The position numbers were made by a program, and so were the translations under genes. From positions 960,001 through 1,024,000 of the forward strand of contig CP000071.1 of the NCBI GenBank assembly GCA_000002445.1: a DNA stretch of 64,000 bases. Reading direction: 5' to 3'. This DNA is from Trypanosoma brucei. Taxonomy: Eukaryota. Below are positions 19,301 through 26,240 of this stretch, in pieces. Numbering within the stretch: the first letter of the stretch is position 1; each line of letters begins with the position of its first letter. Below the pieces are notes generated by a model, which was not told where the DNA came from, ran no database searches, and worked only from the letters and a program-made list of their open reading frames with translations.

Positions 19301-21409
19301 TTGACAAACTTCCACGGCGTTGCCGCGTCGTTTGAGCAAGCACAGGAGTCGTGGAAGCACTGGTTCTTGCAAGAGAACCCTGAAGACGCTGAGCTTCCAG
19401 ATGACTGGCAGACACGTACGGCAGACAATTACATCCAGCGCATGATATTTGTGCGTTGCCTTCGTCCTGATCGGGTTATATTTATGGTGTACGAATTCAT
19501 CGAGAAGCAACTCGGGCCTCAGTTCGTGGATCCTCCACCGTTCAATCTCAAGGACACCTTCGAGGAAAGTACCAATGTTGTGCCACTGGTATTTGTACTC
19601 TCCCCTGGTGTTGATCCGACCACCCAACTGGCGGCACTCGCGCAGCGCGAAGGACGCCCACTGAAAACACTGGCGCTAGGGCAGGGTCAGGGTGAGAATG
19701 CTAAGCGCGCTGTTCAGGAATGTTCACAGGTAGGCGGCTGGGTGTTCTTGGCGAATTGTCACTTAATGGTGTCCTGGTTGGTAGAATTAGAGAAGATTAT
19801 TGAGGATCTGGTGGAGCAACGGCCACATAAAGAATTTCGTCTGTGGCTCAGCTCGGTCCCCACAACACAGTTTCCTATCGGTATCTTGCAGCGAGCGATC
19901 AAAATGACTACAGAGCCTCCCACTGGAATCAAGGCGAATATGTTGCGGCTGTATAACCAGTTTTCCGAGGAGCAGTTCGCGGAGCACACGGGCTCTAATC
20001 CACAGATCTACTGCAGTCTTCTCTTCGCGCTCTGCTTCTTCCACTCTATACTTCTGGAGAGGCGCAAGTTCGGTAACCTTGGGTACAACGTTGTATACGA
20101 TTTCACCACTTCCGACTTCGAGGTGTCCGAGAACATTATTGCTCTGTACATTGGCAACATGGCAACTGACCGAGTAGAGGACATACCATTTGTTACTATT
20201 CGCTACCTTATAGCGGAAGCCTCATACGGTGGTCGTGTGACAGATGACTGGGACCGTCGTGTGATCAACACATACATCTCTCAGTTCATGTGCCCAGCAA
20301 TCCTGACGGAAGAGCGATATCCACTTTCGGCTGCCGAGGAGTACTACATTCCCTCAGGGATCAGCACACTTCAGGCCTATAAGGACGAGTGCTCGTTGCT
20401 TCCCATCACCGATCCACCAGAGGCTTTTGGTCAGCATACGAACGCGGATATTGCCAGCCGTGTGGCGGAGTCGACAATGCTTCTTGACAATCTCATCAGT
20501 GTTAACAAAACTCTGGCTCGTGGTGGCGGCTCCTCTGGGGGCGCATCCAAGGGTATGTCAGAGGAAGCACGTTGTTTAGAAATTCTCGCGTCACTGGAGG
20601 AACCAAGCAAGACAGCCATACCTAATCCCATTGACTACGATGCCGTCTACGAGTCTGTCAAGGAAGACACCAACAACGCGCTGAATACCTGTCTGTTGCA
20701 GGAAATTCAGAGGTACAACGTTCTACTTCGAAAGATAATCGTGCAGAAGAGGGAACTGCGCCGTGCTGTGAAGGGTGAAGTTTTGATGACCGATGAGCTA
20801 GAGGCGGTGTTTAATGCCCTTCTGTTGAGTCGCGTACCGCCGCCGTGGACGAGTGCATACCCCAGCATGAAACCTCTTGCGAGTTGGGCTGTTGATCTTG
20901 TGGAACGAATAGAGCAGATGAAACAATGGGGCCAGCGCGTGCCAAACGTGTTCTGGCTCTCTGGCTTCACATATCCCACAGGTTTCTTGAAAGGCCTGCA
21001 GCAGCAGCAGGCGCGTCATGACCGTATATCCATCGACCAGTACACGTGGGAGTTTGTTGTGCTTCCAAGTGAAGAGCGAACGATTGTCAACCGTGCCAAA
21101 AAAGGTGCGTACGTGCGCGGCATATTCCTTGAGGGTGCAGGCTGGAATGAAGAAATGAACACCCTTTGCGAACCGCGGCCACTAGAGCTTATAGTGCCTA
21201 TGCCTATTATCCACTTCAAGCCGAAAATACGGGACACTAAGCCGCGACCTCCTACTATTTATGAATGCCCACTTTACATGTACCCCTTGCGTACCGGTAC
21301 GCGTGAACGACCCTCGTTTGTTGTTGCCGTTGATCTCGAGTCTGGCGAAGCGGTACCTGAGCACTATACAAAACGTGGTACAGCGCTGCTACTCTCTACA
21401 GATGAGTAA
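7385..21409 (+). CDS. Dynein heavy chain, 4674 aa, axonemal-type by AAA1-region sequence.
   Basis: A single 14 kb ORF starting at ATG 7385. Four P-loops: [10 protein letters not shown] (AAA1), GQTGSGKT (AAA2), GTTGTGKS (AAA3), GLGGSGRYS (AAA4). The AAA1 region reads [47 protein letters not shown], closer to axonemal than to cytoplasmic dynein-1. A coiled-coil stalk segment and a C-terminal domain are present. Confidence 0.9.
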   Translation: [4674 protein letters not shown]

Positions 21410-21410
21410 G

Positions 21411-21430
21411 GTGGGGAGAGGGGGGGGGGA
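21411..21430 (+). repeat. G-rich run (gtggggagaggggggggggg) immediately after the dynein stop codon.
   Basis: Read directly; it starts 2 nt after the TAA at 21407-21409. Confidence 0.9.
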
Positions 21431-22287
21431 AACTCTACACATTCCCTTAATCTTGATTTTCTTCGTGTCTCCTATTTACGTATTTGCAGTGTCCACTCAA
21501 GTGGATGTTGCCGTGGCCGTTATTCTGTGAGTTTACTTTTTTTTTTTGCTGTTGTTTTCGGTCTTGCGTGTCGCCGTCGTTGTTGTTTTTAAATGATAGA
21601 CATTTTTTTTTCTTCTGTATCTGTATGTCGATGTACGTAACAGCCTCCAACGTTACTTTATTTCCTGTGAGGCCAAGCAATTAGAAGAGAGACGAAGTAA
21701 GATGGTGCAAAGGAATTTGTGGCACTAGGAACAAGAGAGGAAAGAAAGTAGTAAAAAAAACACCAATGATAGAGTTGATGTAAATAATAAAGAAAGAGCA
21801 AGCTGTGTGTGCAGCACCGCAGCAACCATCCCTGTTTTTGTCCTTGTTGCCAAGGACCTTTCTCTTTCCCCTCCCACTGCGTCCAATGTTTACTCACGAT
21901 AACACTATACAATTAGATGTGGCATATGTTTTCTGTTACCAAGAGAAGGAAAAAGGCAAAAAAAGGATTCAAACAGTTGGGTCCATGAATCAAAAAGTGG
22001 GACAATTTAACCATTCGCATTTACCTCCCGTGTTTACACCGTTGAATTTTACTCGCGGAGGGGCAGCAGCAGCTGTTGCCTGCGCTCATCGCTATTGTAT
22101 TGTGTTGTGCACTCGTGGGTCTTCTCTTTCGCTCTCATGTTCTTCTTTTTCTCTTCCTACCCTTTTCATCTCAACGCCGGAGCTTCCGCTGTTGGTGGCT
22201 GACCATTTTAGGTTTTGAAACTGTAGGATAAAACCAGTCCCCTTTCATAGCACATATCATTTAGTTATCAACTCCACTTTTGCAGGG

Positions 22288-22325
22288 GCGTGTGCGTGTG
22301 CGTGTGTGTGCGTGTTTGTTTGTGT
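22288..22325 (+). repeat. (GT/GC)n microsatellite.
   Basis: The sequence gcgtgtgcgtgtgcgtgtgtgtgcgtgtttgtttgtg. A second (GT)8 lies at 22361-22376. Confidence 0.9.
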
Positions 22326-22394
22326 AAAGTCGCAACTTCGATTGTTTTCTTTTTTTTTTTGTGTGTGTGTGTGTGCGCCCTCTTTTTTACAAGG

Positions 22395-22982
22395 ATGGGT
22401 TGGGGAAGCAGTGAAGAGCGACTTAGCAGCACCAGCAGTGAGTTGCGCGGTGTGGACATGTTTGTTTACACCCTTCCAAGTGGTGTACTCGGGCGTTTCA
22501 TCGGTCGCGCCCTGCGGTTCCGTGTGGATCGCTTTAACTTTAGCACTGGCCCAAGCGCTGATGGGAATGATAAGCGCCGGAGCCTTAAGAGTGTGGAGGT
22601 GGAAGCGAATTCATTATCACCTCTCTGTGAAGTGGACAAGTTTCAGTTTGAACGACTTCCATTAACGGTGTCTGAAATTGTGCGATTAGAGCGCCGCACG
22701 CGTGACTATGTGTTAGATGTCACGCGGTATCCACGTATTTTATATACAGTTGAGGAGGAAACACCAACGGAAGTGAAAGGCACGTTGGAGCTGCGTGGCG
22801 AACGGAAGGCAATCACGTGTACGAAATCAGTGGAAGGACCGGAACTAATTGTGCGTTGCCCAATTGATACCCGAGAATTTAATATCCCATCGTATTCACT
22901 CATGTATGGCGTGTTTGGTGTCTCGCCTCATGTACAGGTGGAAACCCGCATTCCACTTAGAGCGGTTCAACTGCAAGGTTGA
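22395..22982 (+). CDS. Hypothetical protein, about 195 aa. Possible YceI-like fold and a predicted N-myristoylation site.
   Basis: The track start at 22290 is GTG and its N-terminus (MCVCVCV...) is a (GT)n microsatellite read in frame. The first ATG is at 22395, giving MGWGSS (MGxxxS myristoylation consensus). The C-terminal segment GTLELRGERKAITCTK...IDTREFNIP weakly resembles YceI-family proteins. Pyrimidine tract at 22122-22176. Confidence 0.5.
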   Translation: MGWGSSEERLSSTSSELRGVDMFVYTLPSGVLGRFIGRALRFRVDRFNFSTGPSADGNDKRRSLKSVEVEANSLSPLCEVDKFQFERLPLTVSEIVRLERRTRDYVLDVTRYPRILYTVEEETPTEVKGTLELRGERKAITCTKSVEGPELIVRCPIDTREFNIPSYSLMYGVFGVSPHVQVETRIPLRAVQLQG

Positions 22983-23521
22983 GGGCTGTTAATCGGAAGG
23001 CACAGGTTTGTGGACCTCAAAAAAAAAAAAGAAAAAAAAAGAGTGTTTGGTGGAGAAAGGTGTCGGGCCCTGCTTCACATTTCATTTCTTCCAGTCTCTT
23101 CATAACACCTTTCATTTGTGAAGGTAGTAAAGAGGCAGTATTTCCCCAAAATAAAAAGGGAGAAGTGTGGTACATATCGTCCAATGGTTTCAACTCTGTA
23201 AATGAGTGTACATGTCAGTGCGTTAGCAGCCGCCTATGCACGCGAGAGTATTTACCTGGTGCACAATTCGGGTTACACATTTCAACATATAAGTTGACTC
23301 TGATAATGTTGCTTCTTTCCCGTGTTCTCCACGGTCATTTCTGGAGAATGTTACAGTTGTATTGCTTTCCTTTCCTTTCCTTTCCTTTTTTGTTTTTCCA
23401 CTAGTATGTCTAGTTGCGTTTCCTACTTATTGTTTCATTTCATTTGATTGGTGTTCGTTTTTTTTCTATTATTATTTTTCGTACTATTTGAGTCCTCCGT
23501 TGCTATCGTAGCTTTCATTGA

Positions 23522-24127
23522 ATGGAGTCCCTTGTACGTGACACCGACCTCACTGTTAGCGCACACACTTGTGAGGAATCGAACACTCACGGTCTATCGA
23601 AGCTCCTTCTCACACATTTAAAACTTGACAATATAATTCTTGAGTCGGTCAGTTGCGTTGGTCGGGGCCATAACGGGGACGCGCGAAGCCAATGGTGGTC
23701 CCTTTCTGCAGGTCATTTGGGAAAGTGGTGTCATAACCAACACGGTACACTTCATGGAGGGTTATGCCTTGCAATTTTATGCGCTCTCTCCAAGGCTCAT
23801 GTGGCAATGTATATAAAGCTGCATTGCGCCAATGGGAGTGTCACTACTGGAAGGAATGAAGGGATAACCACGGGGGGATCCTCAACGCCTTCAGTACTCG
23901 GAGTACATATTCAATATCTATTGCCAGTTGTAACGACCCACTCACTGAAAGTTTTAACAAAAGTAAAGTGTGAGGAAGATGCGGTAGTACGCGTGGATGC
24001 GGTACTGTTTAGAGCAGTTGATGTGGAGAAGCAGCAGCATGGAGGGCATTTACTTGGTGGGTGCTCACCGTTATGCAAAGCCACCATCAATATGAAGCGA
24101 CAGCAGAAGCGAATATGTTCATTGTAA
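23522..24127 (+). CDS. Hypothetical protein, 201 aa; its coding status is uncertain.
   Basis: ATG at 23522 follows a strong pyrimidine tract (about 23335-23420, cctttcctttcctttcc...). It lies in a 1.6 kb gap between two confident genes, has no recognisable domain, and has unremarkable composition. Confidence 0.3.
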   Translation: MESLVRDTDLTVSAHTCEESNTHGLSKLLLTHLKLDNIILESVSCVGRGHNGDARSQWWSLSAGHLGKWCHNQHGTLHGGLCLAILCALSKAHVAMYIKLHCANGSVTTGRNEGITTGGSSTPSVLGVHIQYLLPVVTTHSLKVLTKVKCEEDAVVRVDAVLFRAVDVEKQQHGGHLLGGCSPLCKATINMKRQQKRICSL

Positions 24128-24654
24128 TGGGTTTTGGTGTCGCTTATTCCTTTCTTTTTTTTTTGTCATTGGTGGGTATGTGTGCCTCCACCTCTTCAGT
24201 CAACATCCTTCCTCCCCTCCAACAACAACAACAAGGACGAGAAGCGGTGATTGAGCGATAGTTTACCTCTGTCAAGCATCGATTTTTGTTGCCGGGCACT
24301 CAGTTGTATCGCTCCCTCTCTTTTGTTTCTCTCTCCATTTATATTTTCACTTGCTTTCCGTTGGTATTACGCGTTTTCCCTCTGCACCTCAACATGGTTC
24401 CCATGCAAAGGGAGTGTGAGGCAGACGATTTAGTTACCTCAATTCCTGTGGTGCAAACGCGTATAAAGGTCATCAATAAGACATTAAAAAGGAAAAGAAG
24501 AATTCTGAGGGAGGAGGGAGGAGGGGGCGGAGTCGCTTATAAAAAAGAAAGCGAAGAAGGAAACACGCAACGACGAACTGAAGAAGGGCATCGTGATATT
24601 TGATTGTGTCACGAAGGGACCGACAGCTCTCCACAGACTCATTATTACTTTCAC

Positions 24655-25758
24655 ATGAAGGGAGGCGTGGGAAGGAGTACTGCTGCGCCACAGATGGAAT
24701 TTGTGCGTGCCGTAATTGTTGGTTCCGGTTCGAGCAGCAGCACGCCCATGCTTTCTTGTGCACTTTCCGGTTCCCCATGCCCCAATTGTGAGGAGGCTCT
24801 CCGTTGTAGTGGTAGCAAAAATCATCGCTTGAACCCCTCTTTCCTCATACAGCTTTACCATCCGACGGATCGTACAGTACACAACATCCTCATTGACTGC
24901 GGTAAGACGTTCCGAGAGTCGGCACTAAAGGTTTTTCCTTCGTTTCTTGTCCGCGATTTCAGTGCCGTATTGCTCACGCATGACCACGCCGATGCTTCGT
25001 ATGGCATTGACGACCTCAGGGAGTTTAGCCGTAAAGATGTTCCTATCGGGGTGTACGCGGATGAGACAACGCTCGCAGCCATGAGAGGGGTTTACCCTTA
25101 CTTGTTCGCAGAAGACATGCGCAGCAGAGGCGCTGGGGAACCAGCTAAGAAGGAAGTAAAGAAGAATAAGTTTGTCGCCACCATCAATTGGGAGTTATTC
25201 ACCAGAGTCGAACGAATGGATGTGGTGTTTTCTCCACGGCCGAAGGGGGTGACAACTGGGAACGAGGGCGATATTGCTGATGGGTGTGAAACTGGGGCAC
25301 CCGCGGTGTGGTCGTTTGTGCCCGTTGGCGTTCCGCACGGTGAGAATTATCGTGCAAACGCTTTTCTTGTGCCGATGCATGACAAGAGCGAGTCGCCGCG
25401 ACTGCTTTTGTACGTTTCAGATATTAGTGAGTTGGAGGACCGATTTTTCACGGACTTGGCGCGCTCTAAGGTGTTGCTTGGCGTTGACCCCGCTGTCCCC
25501 ATTGAGGTACTGGTGCTGGACATGTTATCACGGAGGCCATACGTCGCTCATCTGCACGTGGAAGCGTCCATTGCCGCTGCAAAAAGGATCAATGCTGCCA
25601 AAACGTATTACGTCGGTATGTCACATAGGATAAACTACGATGAGATGATGCAGGAGCTTCAGCAGCTAGGTTTGGGTGCCACAATGGAAATGGGATACGA
25701 TGGCTGTGTTGTCTCCGTCGGAGACTCGGGACTGCAGCACCTTAGTGGACGTTTATGA
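24655..25758 (+). CDS. Metallo-beta-lactamase-fold hydrolase family protein.
   Basis: The track start at 24604 is TTG; the first ATG is at 24655. N-terminal glycine-rich VIVGSGSSSSTP precedes a canonical MBL motif LLTHDHADASYG (HxHxDH, about 24977-24994). Later His/Asp residues are consistent with the fold. Confidence 0.6.
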   Translation: MKGGVGRSTAAPQMEFVRAVIVGSGSSSSTPMLSCALSGSPCPNCEEALRCSGSKNHRLNPSFLIQLYHPTDRTVHNILIDCGKTFRESALKVFPSFLVRDFSAVLLTHDHADASYGIDDLREFSRKDVPIGVYADETTLAAMRGVYPYLFAEDMRSRGAGEPAKKEVKKNKFVATINWELFTRVERMDVVFSPRPKGVTTGNEGDIADGCETGAPAVWSFVPVGVPHGENYRANAFLVPMHDKSESPRLLLYVSDISELEDRFFTDLARSKVLLGVDPAVPIEVLVLDMLSRRPYVAHLHVEASIAAAKRINAAKTYYVGMSHRINYDEMMQELQQLGLGATMEMGYDGCVVSVGDSGLQHLSGRL

Positions 25759-26087
25759 CATCACAGCCAACTGTTTTTGTTTTTTGAAGTTCAAATAAGC
25801 GCACCGATTGCTTATTGAGGGTTTTTATGGAAGTACCAGTTGAATTATCCAAAAGTACTTGTGTCGATGCATGCGGGAGGAGCGGGTTGGAAACTCGGCT
25901 ATTGGATGGGCCGAAGGCGTGGGTTGGCTTTTGAGTGTCAGGGAGTGCATGATTCGGCGTAGCGGAAGTTTGGCACGTTGCCTCATGGCTATTTAACAAC
26001 ATTTTTCTTATCAGGTGCGGGTTAGCTTGCAACTTCGCTCAAGAGACCTCTTTTGCTGGGCAATGACATTACGTCGGCACTATTGTT

Positions 26088-26138
26088 TCCTTCCGTCTTA
26101 TTATTGTTATTGTTATTGTTTTTTTTTTGTTTTGTTTT
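26088..26138 (+). promoter_or_regulatory. Polypyrimidine tract / (TTATTG)n tract upstream of REV3.
   Basis: The sequence cttccgtcttattattgttattgttattgttttttttttgttttgttttgg lies about 100 nt upstream of ATG 26241. The track's TTG start falls inside this tract. Confidence 0.5.
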
Positions 26139-26240
26139 GGAAGGAAAAACGATAAAGAAAAGGATCAAAAGGGGGAGGGCAACAATAAGAGGGCACAGGG
26201 TGGGTTGATAGGACTTAATGTGCTAATACACACGGGGGCT

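Noticed and set aside
7579-21364. Dozens of 60-197 aa ORFs on the minus strand (and out-of-frame + strand ORFs) inside the dynein gene, e.g. 19034..19627 (-), 18541..18999 (-), 16334..16771 (-).
   Set aside because: They are entirely contained within a 14 kb ORF of unambiguous identity. They are antisense shadow ORFs expected by chance in GC-balanced coding sequence, and there are no pyrimidine tracts or independent signals.
22290-22394. N-terminal extension MCVCVCVRVCLCKVATSIVFFFF of the 22290..22982 track ORF.
   Set aside because: The start is GTG (not ATG) and the peptide is a (GT)n microsatellite read in frame. The real start is reassigned to ATG 22395.
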